Notes under the pieces: model-generated
The model's database searches: none
Told to the model about the DNA's origin: nothing
What the model saw: only the letters and a program-made list of their open reading frames with translations
Assembly (NCBI GenBank): GCA_964016885.1
Contig: OZ024743.1
Span: 306,342,001 to 306,406,000, forward strand
Length of the DNA: 64,000 bases
Direction of reading: 5' to 3'
DNA from: Eledone cirrhosa
Taxonomy: Eukaryota
Translations under genes and position numbers: made by a program
Shown: positions 39,696-52,808 of the stretch, one piece after another
Position numbering within the stretch: the stretch's first letter is position 1
Layout of the letters: the number at the start of each line of letters is the position of its first letter

Positions 39696-42600
39696 CTACA
39701 GGCTGAGGTAGAGAGAAGGCCCATTCACACGGGCCATTCTCGCAACTTTCACCCACCTTTCATAAAACTGGCTGGAGTGGAGCACCTCTCTCTCCATCCT
39801 GATCCTTCTTCCGAAATGGTATCGGAAGAAAAGGACCAGTTGTTGGCCGGAGAGAAAGGTGTCCGACCTCAGCCCTTTCAGACGCGTCCACCATATAGCC
39901 TCTTTTACCATGGCTATTACACAGAGGAAGACCGCCTCTCCTTCATTTTTGAAGGGGGGAGGCGGCTTGATCGTTACAATGGACTCGGTGGTCAACCTAA
40001 TTGGTCCCACCCGTGACAGCAGTTGTTCAACATAGCCCCACAGATCGGCAACGCCCGGGCAGTGCACCAATGCGTGCGCGACGGTTTCCTCGTCGCGCAC
40101 GCATCTGGGACAGATCTTTTTCGAGGGGTCCCTACCCGGGCGCCCGTGTCTGTAGAGCTTATCCCGAACGGGCAGAGCCCCTCGGTAGCACTGCCAGGCC
40201 AAGGACTTCTGGAAGTTGTCCATAGGTCCCGGGCCGAAAGTCCTACCGAATAGACTGGCCAGTTCGTCCTCCTCCATGCCTAGGGCTTCTCCGAGGGCGT
40301 CGTCGCACCCGCTAACCACCAGCCCTCTATAGAATGACGAGGTGGAGTCTCCGTCGATAGCCGGGTCCGCCTGCCAGAGAGCCGTGAGCGCCTGGGCACA
40401 CTCGGTGTGCCAGTCGCCCAGTTTTCTCGGTCTTTGCTTCACCCAGGACTGCAGCTCGGTGAGCGAGACGAGCCTCGGGAAGGCTCGCCTCACAAACGGG
40501 GCCCACACCGGTTGACCGGTGAGGAATACGTGGAGGTGCCTTAGCCTCAATGCGTGTTTACGCATTTTTAGCCACGGCATCCCCAGCCCTCCTTTCAAAG
40601 GGTGTTGACAGCAGATGGATCTCCTCACTAGAGGAGACCTCTTCTTCCAAAGGAAATAAAAGAGGGCGCGCTCCATTTTGGCGAGGATCTCACCCGGGCA
40701 AGGCACGACAGTCAAGCGGTAATAGATGACGGACGCTATGTAAGCGTTCGCCACCTCCGCCCGACCTTTTAGGGATAGTTTGCACTCGGCCCACTTCTGG
40801 GTCAGTGCAAACACCCTATTCGTCACCTCACCCCAGTTTTTCTCCACCTGGAGGTCCGGTCCGAACCAGACCCCAAGCAACTTCACCGGGCCCTCCGTCC
40901 ACCGTCCGACGATACCGTCGCACGACATCGCTTTGCCCCTCCACTCGCCGAGTTGCAAAGCGACTGACTTGTCCCGGTTCAGCTTAGCCCCTGTCAACCT
41001 TTCGTACTCCTCTAGTAAGGTGCCGATCGCCTCGATTTCCGAGGCGGTCGACACCATTACTGTTACGTCATCGGCGTAGGCCGACACCGCTTTGCGCAAT
41101 CCCGGTTCCAAAGGGATGCCCTGCAACAACTCCAACTTCCGCAGTAATGGCTCGAGAGTCAATACATACAGAAGGGAGGAGAGAGGGCACCCCTGTCGGA
41201 TGGAGCGGGTGATTTCGAACGGCTCCGAAAGGTAGCCGTTCACCTTGATTCTAGAGCAGATGCGGCTGCTGTGCATGGCAGTGATCCAGCCCCTGAAAAC
41301 GGGTCCGAACCCAGCCGCCGCTAGCACCGCATCCAGGTAACCATGGTCCACCCTATCGAACGCTTTAGACTGATCTAAATTTATCAGGGCCCCACCAAAG
41401 CCGGGTTCGTTCCCAACCCTCTCTATGATGTATCGCATGAGGTGGAGGTTGTCGTGGATGGACCTGGACGGGATAGCGCATGTCTGCGCATCTCCCACCA
41501 GGCCCCCCACGACAAGCGCCAACCTCTTCGCTAACACCTTCGCCAAAATCTTTAACTCTGCATTTAGCAGAGTTATGGGCCTAAAATTACTAATGTCATC
41601 CCCCTTGTTCTCGTCCTTCCTCACTAGCGAGACTACGCCCTTGGTCACAGAACAGGGAATTCTCCCGTTCTGTTGCCAGTTGCAGTAGACCGCCTCGAGG
41701 AGATCGGGGAACAAGTCCGGCATATTAATATATAGTTCGTAGGGCAGACCATCGAGTCCTGGAGATTTGCGTTTGCCGCATAGGCTCAGCACGTCCCCTA
41801 TTTCAGCAGCTGAGATCGGCCCGTCGCAGGACCTCGCCTCCCTGTCCGAAAGACGCGGCAGGCCGTCGAGGTATGGACCGAAATCCACATCTCCAACCGG
41901 CTCCCCGCCCCTCCCGAACAATTGGGCAAAGTGCCTTTGAAAGGCCTCGCACATTTGCTTAGGTTCAAGGATCAGCCGTCCATCCTGGTCTCGCAAAGAC
42001 CGGATAGTGGATTTAATCCCACTTTTCGCTTCTGTCACGCGGGCCCAGCTAACAGCTTTGGTCCCCTCGTTTCCCAGAGCACGTATTTTGCTTCGGACAA
42101 CGCAGCCTTCGTGTTTCGCGTCGAAGAACTGGTTCAAGACCGTTCTCGACGCTTGCACTCTGGCCACGTTGCCGCTTCTCATTGCCTCTTCAACATTAAC
42201 TACCAACTCCCTTTCCTTCCTATTTCTATCTGAGGCTAACTCCTTACTAACTCCTATTGAAACTACTCTAATCTCTCTTTTTAGAGAGCCCCACCACCTG
42301 TTGTTGACGATGGCGCCCGTCAACTGCTCCTTAACTAAGGTTCTAATCCGGTCCCTGTAAGCTCTACTTGCCGGTAAGGACAAGTTGAGCTTCCAGTAAC
42401 CGGGCCCCTGCCTATGCGTTCTATCAAGGTGGACTACGCAGGTCACTAACTTGTGGTCTGAATAGCCCACCATGAGCATTTCTGGACAACTTAAAAAGTC
42501 CCTATCCTTAATTCTAACTAAGAACCTATCTAGGTACGATCTAGATTGACCACTGTTATTTGACCAGGTCCAGGTTGGTACAGTCGGAAAATCTAGTCGG

Positions 42601-43133
42601 TATCTATCGGCCAGGTCGAATCGGCCGATTAACCCCTTAAGGCTGTTACACCCCCCTCTATCGGGACATGCCCCTACATAGTCCCAACGTGCATCTAGGA
42701 TACCATTCCAGTCCCCCACTAAAAGCAAGGAGCGGGACGTCCCTAGAAAAGTCTCCAGACGATGGAAGAAGTCCGACCGCATTGCCCCAAAAGGGGCGTA
42801 TACGGCGACAAGCCTAAAAGCTTCGCCTTCGCCATTGCCAAGGTCCAGAACCACGAGTCGACCCTCCGGGTCCAAGTGTACCGTCTGTGTAGCGAGACCC
42901 AGATGTTTTTGCAGCAGAACGACAACCCCACCCCCACCTCCGGGCTGACAGAGAGATGCGTGCATCTCAAAGTCATCAAAGGTGGGGGTTAGCTGTCGCA
43001 TGCTGCTGATCCGGGCCTCGCAAATAACCATCACATTTACACATTGTGACCTGAGGTCACTTAGAAGTTTAGCTTGCTTCCAAGGTGAGCCCAGGCCACG
43101 CGCATTTAGACAACCCACTCTTAAGACAGCCAT
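39696..43133 (-). CDS. ORF2: APE-RT-zinc finger (1145 aa)
   Basis: Same motifs as copy 1; five amino-acid differences seen. Confidence 0.96.
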   Translation of the reverse strand: MAVLRVGCLNARGLGSPWKQAKLLSDLRSQCVNVMVICEARISSMRQLTPTFDDFEMHASLCQPGGGGGVVVLLQKHLGLATQTVHLDPEGRLVVLDLGNGEGEAFRLVAVYAPFGAMRSDFFHRLETFLGTSRSLLLVGDWNGILDARWDYVGACPDRGGCNSLKGLIGRFDLADRYRLDFPTVPTWTWSNNSGQSRSYLDRFLVRIKDRDFLSCPEMLMVGYSDHKLVTCVVHLDRTHRQGPGYWKLNLSLPASRAYRDRIRTLVKEQLTGAIVNNRWWGSLKREIRVVSIGVSKELASDRNRKERELVVNVEEAMRSGNVARVQASRTVLNQFFDAKHEGCVVRSKIRALGNEGTKAVSWARVTEAKSGIKSTIRSLRDQDGRLILEPKQMCEAFQRHFAQLFGRGGEPVGDVDFGPYLDGLPRLSDREARSCDGPISAAEIGDVLSLCGKRKSPGLDGLPYELYINMPDLFPDLLEAVYCNWQQNGRIPCSVTKGVVSLVRKDENKGDDISNFRPITLLNAELKILAKVLAKRLALVVGGLVGDAQTCAIPSRSIHDNLHLMRYIIERVGNEPGFGGALINLDQSKAFDRVDHGYLDAVLAAAGFGPVFRGWITAMHSSRICSRIKVNGYLSEPFEITRSIRQGCPLSSLLYVLTLEPLLRKLELLQGIPLEPGLRKAVSAYADDVTVMVSTASEIEAIGTLLEEYERLTGAKLNRDKSVALQLGEWRGKAMSCDGIVGRWTEGPVKLLGVWFGPDLQVEKNWGEVTNRVFALTQKWAECKLSLKGRAEVANAYIASVIYYRLTVVPCPGEILAKMERALFYFLWKKRSPLVRRSICCQHPLKGGLGMPWLKMRKHALRLRHLHVFLTGQPVWAPFVRRAFPRLVSLTELQSWVKQRPRKLGDWHTECAQALTALWQADPAIDGDSTSSFYRGLVVSGCDDALGEALGMEEDELASLFGRTFGPGPMDNFQKSLAWQCYRGALPVRDKLYRHGRPGRDPSKKICPRCVRDEETVAHALVHCPGVADLWGYVEQLLSRVGPIRLTTESIVTIKPPPPFKNEGEAVFLCVIAMVKEAIWWTRLKGLRSDTFLSGQQLVLFFRYHFGRRIRMEREVLHSSQFYERWVKVARMARVNGPSLYLSL

Positions 43134-43156
43134 GTTGGTGGCAAAGAAAGAGGCAC

Positions 43157-44911
43157 TTACCTCTCTGCGTCCCGGGGTTCGGGTCGCTCAGTTTCCATGG
43201 GGCTGGTGGCGGGGTTGATGGGTGGGGTGGTGGTTTGTGGTGGTGTGGGGGTATTGGTGTGTGGAGGGGTTGGGATCTTTGGAGTTGTGTGGGTGTTTGA
43301 GGAGGGGAGGGGAAAACCTTTCAGGAGGACGCGGTTGAGTGGCCTGGTGCAGGGTGGGCCCACGTCCTCAGGGTACATGTCTTTTAAAGTTTTAAAAATG
43401 TCAAGTGGGATTTTCACCATTTTCAGGTTAGGGAGCCCCATTGCCGTTACGAAATTCGGCCCTTCGGTTTGTATCGAAGGGTTGGTTTCTATTTTTAAAG
43501 TTAGGTTTTCATTGTTTTTGTTTATGTATGTGTAGAGTTTTTGTGTTGTTGTGTTTGTTTTTGCTTGTTGTTGTTGAGTGAGTTTGCGTTTTATTGTCTG
43601 TGTTGTGTTGTCAGGTGGGGTTATTTTTGTTGTTGTGGTGTGTGTACGTTTTTTTCTTTTCACTTTTTGGAAGGGAGCCCCCTCGTCTTCCGACGATATG
43701 AGCTCCTCTTCCGTATTGGAGGGGAGGGGTATATCTCCGGGTTGTGTATGAACTGTTTTTGTATTTGTGTTCTGTGGGGTGGGGCTGGGTGGGACCGTGT
43801 TTTGGGTTGTTTTCTTGAGCTGTTGTTGATGTTGTTGTTGTTGTTGTGGTGGTGGTGGTGTTGTTGGTTTTTGTTGTTCTGGTGGTGATGGTAGTGTATT
43901 TTGTTGTTTTTGTGATGGTGGTGCTGGTTGTTTTTGTTGTTGTTGTGGTGTTTGTAGCAGTGGTTTTTTTGTTGTTAGTAGAGGGCAGGCCGTCCTCAGG
44001 TGACCTCTGCCAGCGCAGTGGTAACATGAGGGTCTCCTGCCTTCCACTGTGATATTTATGTAGGTTCGCCCATCCAGTAGCACTCGGTCGGGTATTCCGG
44101 AGATTCTCTCAGGTGTCATCTGTAAGAGAACCTCCAGACTTTTCCCCCCGAACAGTCCACTGGTGGACTCCCCTGCTGAAATTAGTATGTCCTTATCTAG
44201 GTCGGTAAATCCTGTTAGGACGGACCAGATGTTAATTTCTGGCGTAGGGCTCCACATTCTTATCCTTTGTGTTCTTCTTCCTTTATATGTGGGGAAGAAG
44301 GTGTAATGTGGTGACACTATAGGTGCCACCGAATATTTCTGAGCCAGCATTTCGTCCTTCATTCGGACCATAATGCTGGCATACAGCTTTCCTCTTTGAA
44401 TAAAGAGTATGTCATTTTTAATTTCTTTCAGAACCAGCTCGATTTGACTTTCGGTCAATTGCGCTGGCTTTCTCGTTTCGTTGGTTATGGTTCTGTAGCT
44501 TACGGTATTCTTGTAAATCTGTTCACGCACTTCTTCTGGGGAGTTGATCGTAAAAGAACCATCCTCCCCAAAAGATACGTATTTTCTAGCCTCTAGCAAA
44601 TTTTCCTTGGCGTTCGTGATGTCAATGGCTTTGTATTCCGTGGCTCTCCTAAGTGTTTGGGCAAAAGAAATTTTGTCTTTGTTTGTTGTTGTAATGTTGT
44701 TGGTTTCCTTATTTGTGGTGCTATTTTTTTCTTCAAAATTAATTTTTTCATTTGAATTGAAATTCTTTTTTTCATTGGAGAGGAGGGGTTGTTCAACAGT
44801 TTGAACTGTTGTTCCCTCTTTCCCGCTTGTTTTTTTGGTCGGCGTGGCGTTCGCTTCCAATATGGCGATATCGTTTTCGACGATATCGTTATCAACGATA
44901 TCGATAAACAT
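43157..44911 (-). CDS. ORF1 CCHC protein (584 aa)
   Basis: Same as copy 1 with about eight substitutions and one extra Gln. Confidence 0.92.
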   Translation of the reverse strand: MFIDIVDNDIVENDIAILEANATPTKKTSGKEGTTVQTVEQPLLSNEKKNFNSNEKINFEEKNSTTNKETNNITTTNKDKISFAQTLRRATEYKAIDITNAKENLLEARKYVSFGEDGSFTINSPEEVREQIYKNTVSYRTITNETRKPAQLTESQIELVLKEIKNDILFIQRGKLYASIMVRMKDEMLAQKYSVAPIVSPHYTFFPTYKGRRTQRIRMWSPTPEINIWSVLTGFTDLDKDILISAGESTSGLFGGKSLEVLLQMTPERISGIPDRVLLDGRTYINITVEGRRPSCYHCAGRGHLRTACPLLTTKKPLLQTPQQQQKQPAPPSQKQQNTLPSPPEQQKPTTPPPPQQQQQHQQQLKKTTQNTVPPSPTPQNTNTKTVHTQPGDIPLPSNTEEELISSEDEGAPFQKVKRKKRTHTTTTKITPPDNTTQTIKRKLTQQQQAKTNTTTQKLYTYINKNNENLTLKIETNPSIQTEGPNFVTAMGLPNLKMVKIPLDIFKTLKDMYPEDVGPPCTRPLNRVLLKGFPLPSSNTHTTPKIPTPPHTNTPTPPQTTTPPINPATSPMETERPEPRDAER

Positions 44912-45086
44912 TTCTCAAATATTTATTTTTCACCCCAAAAGGGGTGAAAATATATTTACCCGACGTCTAGAGTCCCAGACTAGGGGTTACAGTTAATTAT
45001 ACAAAATAATTCAAAAAAATCCACTCACAAAATTAGCAGGTAAAAATCCAAATCACAGAGCGATATGACACACGTCTACTATCCTC

Positions 45087-48000
45087 AGACAGAGAGACAG
45101 ACAGAGAGACAGACAGAGGGACAGACAGAGAGGCAGACAGAGAGGCAGACAGAGAGGCAGACAGAGAGACAGACAGAGAGACAGACAGAGAGACAGACAG
45201 AGAGGCAGACAGAGAGACAGACAGAGAGGCAGACAGAGAGACAGACAGAGAGACAGACAGAGAGACAGACAGAGAGACAGACAGAGGGACAGACAGAGAG
45301 ACATACAGAGAGGCAGACAGAGAGACAGACAGAGAGGCAGACAGAGAGACAGACTGAGAGGCAGACAGAGAGACAGACAGAGAGGCAGACAGAGAGACAG
45401 ACAGAGAGGTAGACAGAGAGACAGACAGAGAGACAGACAGAGAGACAAACAGAGAGACAGACAGAGAGACAGACAGAGAGACAGACAGAGAGACATACAG
45501 AGAGACATACAGAGAGGCAGACAGAGAGGCAGACAGAGAGGCAGACAGAGAGACATACAGAGAGACAGACAGAGGGACAGACAGAGAGACATACAGAGAG
45601 ACAGACAGAGAGACAGACAGAGAGGCAAACAGAGAGGCAGACAGAGAGGCAGACAGAGGCAGACAGAGGGACAGACAGAGGGACAGACAGAGAGACAGAC
45701 AGAGAGGCAGACAGAGAGACAGGCAGAGAGGCAGACAGAGAGGCAGACAGAGAGGCTGACAGAGAGACATACAGAGAGACAGACAGAGAGACAGACAGAG
45801 AGGCAAACAGAGAGGCAGACAGAGAGGCAAACAGAGAGGCAGACAGAGAGGCAGACAGAGAGACAGGCAGAGAGGCAGACAGAGAGGCAGACAGAGAGAC
45901 ATACAGAGAGACAGACAGAGAGACAGACAGAGAGGCAAACAGAGAGGCAGACAGAGAGGCAAACAGAGAGGCAGACAGAGAGGCAGACAGAGAGACAGAC
46001 AGAGAGACAGGCAGAGAGGCAGACAGAGAGGCAGACAGAGAGGCTGACAGAGAGACATACAGAGAGACAGACAGAGAGACAGACAGAGAGGCAAACAGAG
46101 AGGCAGACAGAGAGGCAGACAGAGAGGCAGACAGAGAGACAGACAGAGAGACAGACCGAGAGGCAGACCGAGAGACATACAGAGAGGCAGACAGAGAGAC
46201 GGACAGAGAGGCAGACAGAGAGACAGGCAGAGAGACAGACAGAGGGACAGACAGAGAGACATACAGAGAGGCAGACAGAGAGACAGACAGAGAGGCAGAC
46301 AGAGAGACAGACAGAGAGGCAGACAGAGAGACAGACAGAGAGGCAGACAGAGAGACAGACAGAGAGGTAGACAGAGAGACAGACAGAGAGACAGACAGAG
46401 AGACAGACAGAGAGACAGAGAGAGAGACATACAGAGAGACATACAGAGAGGCAGACAGAGAGGCAGACAGAGAGGCAGACAGAGAGACATACAGAGAGAC
46501 AGACAGAGGGACAGACAGAGAGACATACAGAGAGACAGACAGAGAGACAGACAGAGAGGCAAACAGAGAGGCAGACAGAGAGGCAAACAGAGAGGCAGAC
46601 AGAGAGGCAGACAGGGGCAGACAGAGGGACAGACAGAGGGACAGACAGAGAGACAGACAGAGAGGCAGACAGAGAGACAGGCAGAGAGGCAGACAGAGAG
46701 GCAGACAGAGAGGCTGACAGAGAGACATACAGAGAGACAGACAGAGAGACAGACAGAGAGGCAAACAGAGAGGCAGACAGAGAGGCAAACAGAGGGGCAG
46801 ACAGAGAGGCAGACAGAGAGACAGACAGAGAGACGGACAGAGAGACGGACAGAGAGACGGACAGAGAGACAGACAGAGAGACAGACAGAGAGGCAGACAG
46901 AGTGGCAGACAGAGAGGCAGACAGAGAGACAGACAGAGAGACAGACAGAGAGACAGACAGAGAGGCAGATAGAGAGACAGACAGAGATGCAGACAGAGAG
47001 ACAGACAGAGAGACAGACAGAGGGACAGACAGAGAGGCAGACAGAGGGACAGACAGAGGGACAGACAGAGAGACATACAGAGAGGCAGACAGATAGATAG
47101 ACAGAGAGACAGAAAGAGAGACAGACAGAGAGGCAGACAGAGAGACAGGCAGAGAGGCAGACAGAGAGACAGAGAGAGACAGACAGAGGGACAGACAGAG
47201 AGGCAGACAGAGAGGCAGACAGAGAGGCAGACAGAGAGACAGACAGAGAGACAGACAGAGAGACAGACAGAGAGGCAGACAGAGAGACAGACAGAGAGGC
47301 AGACAGAGAGACAGACAGAGAGACAGACAGAGAGACAGACAGAGAGACAGACAGAGGGACAGACAGAGAGACATACAGAGAGGCAGACAGAGAGACAGAC
47401 AGAGAGGCAGACAGAGAGACAGACAGAGAGGCAGACAGAGAGACAGACAGAGAGGCAGACAGAGAGACAGACAGAGAGGTAGACAGAGAGACAGACAGAG
47501 AGACAGACAGAGAGACAGACAGAGAGACAGACAGAGAGACAGACAGAGAGACAGACAGAGAGACATACAGAGAGACATACAGAGAGGCAGACAGAGAGGC
47601 AGACAGAGAGGCAGACAGAGAGACATACAGAGAGACAGACAGAGGGACAGACAGAGAGACATACAGAGAGACAGACAGAGAGACAGACAGAGAGGCAAAC
47701 AGAGAGGCAGACAGAGAGGCAAACAGAGAGGCAGACAGAGAGGCAGACAGAGGCAGACAGAGGGACAGACAGAGGGACAGACAGAGAGACAGACAGAGAG
47801 GCAGACAGAGAGACAGGCAGAGAGGCAGACAGAGAGGCAGACAGAGAGGCTGACAGAGAGACATACAGAGAGACAGACAGAGAGACAGACAGAGAGGCAA
47901 ACAGAGAGGCAGACAGAGAGGCAAACAGAGAGGCAGACAGAGAGGCAGACAGAGAGACAGGCAGAGAGGCAGACAGAGAGGCAGACAGAGAGACATATTG

Positions 48001-50800
48001 AGAGACAGACAGAGAGACAGACAGAGAGGCAAACAGAGAGGCAGACAGAGAGGCAAACAGAGTGGCAGACAGAGAGGCAGACAGAGAGACAGACAGATAG
48101 ACAGGCAGAGAGGCAGACAGAGAGGCAGACAGAGAGGCTGACAGAGAGACATACAGAGAGACAGACAGAGAGACAGACAGAGAGGCAAACAGAGAGGCAG
48201 ACAGAGAGGCAGACAGAGAGGCAGACAGAGAGACAGACAGAGAGACAGACCGAGAGGCAGACCGAGAGACATACAGAGAGGCAGACAGAGAGACGGACAG
48301 AGAGGCAGACAGAGAGACAGGCAGAGAGGCAGACAGAGAGACAGACAGAGAGACAGACAGAGAGACGGACAGAGAGACGGACAGAGAGATAGACAGAGAG
48401 ACAGACAGAGAGGCAGACAGAGAGACAGACAGAGATGCAGACAGAGAGACAGACAGAGAGACAGACAGAGGGACAGACAGAGAGGCAGACAGAGGGACAG
48501 ACAGAGGGACAGACAGAGAGACATACAGAGAGACAGACAGATAGATAGACAGAGAGACAGAAAGAGAGACAGACAGAGAGGCAGACAGAGAGACAGGCAG
48601 AGAGGCAGACAGAGAGACAGACAGAGAGACAGACAGAGGGACAGACAGAGAGGCAGACAGAGAGGCAGACAGAGAGGCAGACAGAGAGACAGACAGAGAG
48701 ACAGACAGAGAGACAGACAGAGAGGCAGACAGAGAGACAGACAGAGAGGCAGACAGAGAGACAGACAGAGAGACAGACAGAGAGACAGACAGAGAGACAG
48801 ACAGAGGGACAGACAGAGAGACATACAGAGAGGCAGACAGAGAGACAGACAGAGAGGCAGACAGAGAGACAGACAGAGAGGCAGACAGGGAGACAGACAG
48901 AGAGGCAGACAGAGAGACAGACAGAGAGGTAGACAGAGAGACAGACAGAGAGACAGACAGAGAGACAGACAGAGAGACAGACAGAGAGACAGACAGAGAG
49001 ACAGAAAGAGAGACATACAGAGAGACATACAGAGAGGCAGACAGAGAGGCAGACAGAGAGGCAGACAGAGAGACATACAGAGAGACAGACAGAGGGACAG
49101 AGAGAGAGACATACAGAGAGACAGACAGAGAGACAGACAGAGAGGCAAACAGAGAGGCAGACAGAGAGGCAAACAGAGAGGCAGACAGAGAGGCAGACAG
49201 AGGCAGACAGAGGGACAGACAGAGGGACAGACAGAGAGACAGACAGAGCGGCAGACAGAGAGACAGGCAGAGAGGCAGACAGAGAGGCAGACAGAGAGGC
49301 TGACAGAGAGACATACAGAGAGACAGACAGAGAGACAGACAGAGAGGCAAACAGAGAGGCAGACAGAGAGGCAAACAGAGAGGCAGACAGAGAGGCAGAC
49401 AGAGAGACAGGCAGAGAGGCAGACAGAGAGGCAGACAGAGAGACATACAGAGAGACAGACAGAGAGACAGACAGAGAGGCAAACAGAGAGGCAGACAGAG
49501 AGACAAACAGAGAGGCAGACAGAGAGGCAGACAGAGAGACAGACAGAGAGACGGACAGAGAGGCAGACAGAGAGGCAGACAGAGAGACAGACAGAGAGAC
49601 AGACAGAGAGGCAGACAGAGAGACAGATAGAGAGGCAGACAGAGAGGCAGACAGAAAGACAGAGAGAGAGACAGACAGAGAGACATACAGAGAGGCAGAC
49701 AGAGAGGCACACAGAGAGACATACAGAGAGACAGAGAGACAGAGAGACAGACAGACAGACAGAGAGACAGACAGAGAGACAGACAGAGAGACATACAGAG
49801 AGACAGACAGAGAGGCAGACCGAGAGACAGACAGAGAGGCAGACAGAGGCAGACAGAGGGACAGACAGAGGGACAGACAGAGAGACATACAGAGAGACAG
49901 ACAGAGAGACATACAGAGAGACAGACACAGAGACAGACAGAGAGACAGACAGAGAGGCAGACAGAGAGGCAGACAGAGAGACAGAGAGAGAGACAGACAG
50001 AGAGACATACAGAGAGGCAGACAGAGAGGCACACAGAGAGACATACAGAGAGACATACAGAGAGACGGAGAGACAGAGAGACAGAGAGACAGACAGACAG
50101 ACAGAGAGACAGACAGAGAGACAGACAGACAGAGAGACATACAGAGAGGCAGACAGAGAGGCACACAGAGAGACATACAGAGAGACATACAGAGAGACAG
50201 AGAGACAGAGAGACAGAGAGACAGACAGACAGACAGAGAGACAGACAGAGAGACAGACAGAGAGACATACAGAGAGGCAGACAGAGAGGCAGACAGAGAG
50301 ACATACAGAGAGGTAGACAAAGAGGCAGACAGAGAGGCAGACAAAGAGGCAGACAGAGAGGCAGACAGAGAGACAGACAGAGAGGCATACAGAGAGGCAT
50401 ACAGAGAGGCAGACAGAGAGGCAGACAGAGAGGTAGACAGAGAGACATACAGAGAGACAGACAGAGAGACAGACAGAGAGACAGAGAGACAGAGAGACAG
50501 AGAGACAGTGAGACAGACAGACAGACAGAGAGACATACAGAGAGACAGACAGAGAGACAGACAGAGAGGCATACAGAGAGGCAGACAGAGAGGCAGACAG
50601 AGAGGCAGACAGAGAGGCACATAGAGAGACAGACAGAGAGACAGACAGAGAGACAGACAGAGAGGCAGACAGATAGACAGAGAGACAGACAGAGAGGCCG
50701 AGAGATAGACAGAGACAGACAGACAGAGAGACAGAGAGGCAGATAGAGAGACAGACACCGAGATAGACAGAGAGACAGAGGGACAGACAGGCAGGGAGAC
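45087..50800. repeat. 12-bp GACA/GAGA satellite, degenerating at its right end
   Basis: Directly visible. Confidence 0.97.
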
Positions 50801-52037
50801 TGATATCTGTAATTATATACACACAAACAGCCAAACACTTCCACACAAACACACAGATGCTCAGACACACACATATGCGCACACACACATACACTCCTAC
50901 ACACACACATATATATGCACACATACACATACACACCTACACACACACATATATATGCACACACATACATGCACACACACATATGCACATACACACACAC
51001 ACACATATGCACATACACACACACACACACATATGCATTTATACATACACACATACACCTATGCATTTATGTCCATATACATATATATATATGTATACAT
51101 GCGCATGCACGCACACAGGCACCGGCTCAACATATTAAACACACGCATCCACACACAGACACACACTCATATACACACACACGCACGTGCGAGTGCATGC
51201 TACACCGACACACACACACACGTACACACACACGCACACACTCACATATACACACACACACTCATACGAGTGCATACTACACACACACACACACGTACAC
51301 ATAACACACGTACATACACACACGCACTCACATTTACACACACGCACGAGCGAGTGCATACTACGCACACACACACACATACACACACACACACACCCAC
51401 ACACACTCACATATACACACACGAAAGGGCGAGTGCGAACCACATCCCCCACACACGCTCGCATACACACACACACACTCGCATATACACACATGCATGA
51501 GTGAGAGCATACTACACACACTCACACATACACACACACACACGTACACACATATACAACCATCCGTTAGTGACACGTGCTCTGACCAGTCACGGAACAA
51601 TGACCAAGCTATGATTACATCTTCATCCAGTATCAATTTAGCAGCAAACCAACCATGGCCACGCTGACCATTTCAAGCGTGACTGAGCCTCTCTGCCCTT
51701 CAATTTCTGCTTCGCCTTCTCACTTTCATCTCACACTCTCACTCTTTCTCCACCACTCGTCTCATCCTCTCATATTCTTCCTTTCTCTCTCTCTCTCACT
51801 CTCTCTCTCTCACTCTCTCTCTCTCACTCTCTCTCTCTCTCTCTCTCTTTCTCTGCATATCACTCTATAGCTGTTTCTTTCTGTCTGCCCCTCTATCCAC
51901 CCTCACACATATGTGTATGTATATATATATATATGTCTGTGTGTGTGTGTGTGTGTGGGTGTGGGTGTGTGTGTGTGTATGTGTATGCGTGTGTCTGTGT
52001 ATGTGTGTGTGCGTGAGTGTGGATATACCGGCAGACC

Positions 52038-52126
<89 letters not shown>

Positions 52127-52129
52127 GTG

Positions 52130-52166
<37 letters not shown>

Positions 52167-52304
52167 ATATAAATATATATTTATGTGTATATATATATAT
52201 TTACATATTTGTATATATATATATATAACCAAAAGTTAAACAACTGCCGAGACTGGAATTGAACCAGCAGCACAGTTGAGGTATGTCATACATCAATTTA
52301 TATA

Positions 52305-52366
52305 TTTTATCTGATGAGGACGTACTGTAAAAACAGCACAGTACCTCCGAAATATATAAAATAAAA
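52305..52366 (+). ncRNA. Type I hammerhead motif related to family D
   Basis: TTTTAT-CTGATGA-GGACGTACTGT...ACAGTACCTCC-GAAA-TATATAAA-ATAAAA. The 3' half is repeated at about 52866-52905. Confidence 0.75.
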
Positions 52367-52609
52367 CATATATTTTGAGTACGTGAACGTCTCCACCACT
52401 CGTCTCATCCTCTCATATTTTGCTTCTCTCTCTCTCTCTCTCTCTCTCTACCTCCCTCCCTCTCTCTCTCTCTCTCTCTACCTCCCTCTCTCTCTCTCTC
52501 TCTCTCTCTCCCTCTCTCTCTCAATCTCTCCCCTCTCTCTCTCTCTATCTACCCCCCCCCCCCCTCTCTCTCTCTACCTCCCCCCTCTCTCTCTCTCTCT
52601 CTCTCTCCT

Positions 52610-52646
<37 letters not shown>

Positions 52647-52704
52647 TCTCTCTCTCTATATATATATACCTCCCCCATCCCCCCCCCCTCTCTCTCTCTC
52701 TCTA

Positions 52705-52808
<104 letters not shown>

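Larger units (their letters stand above)
39474..45086 (-). mobile_element. Full-length Tx1-like non-LTR retrotransposon, copy 2
   Basis: Near-identical to copy 1 with the same termini. AGACAGAGAGACAGACA lies on both sides (possible TSD, though not separable from the satellite). Confidence 0.93.

Noticed and set aside
33813-51066. Very long ORFs of 1800-2000 aa ([12 protein letters not shown] repeats)
   Set aside because: They are translations of a stop-free satellite, open in all three minus frames, with no protein-like complexity.
51560-51740. Unique-looking stretch as a host exon (also 3730-4030)
   Set aside because: No recognisable protein motif or convincing splice-site pair; cannot be supported without transcript data.
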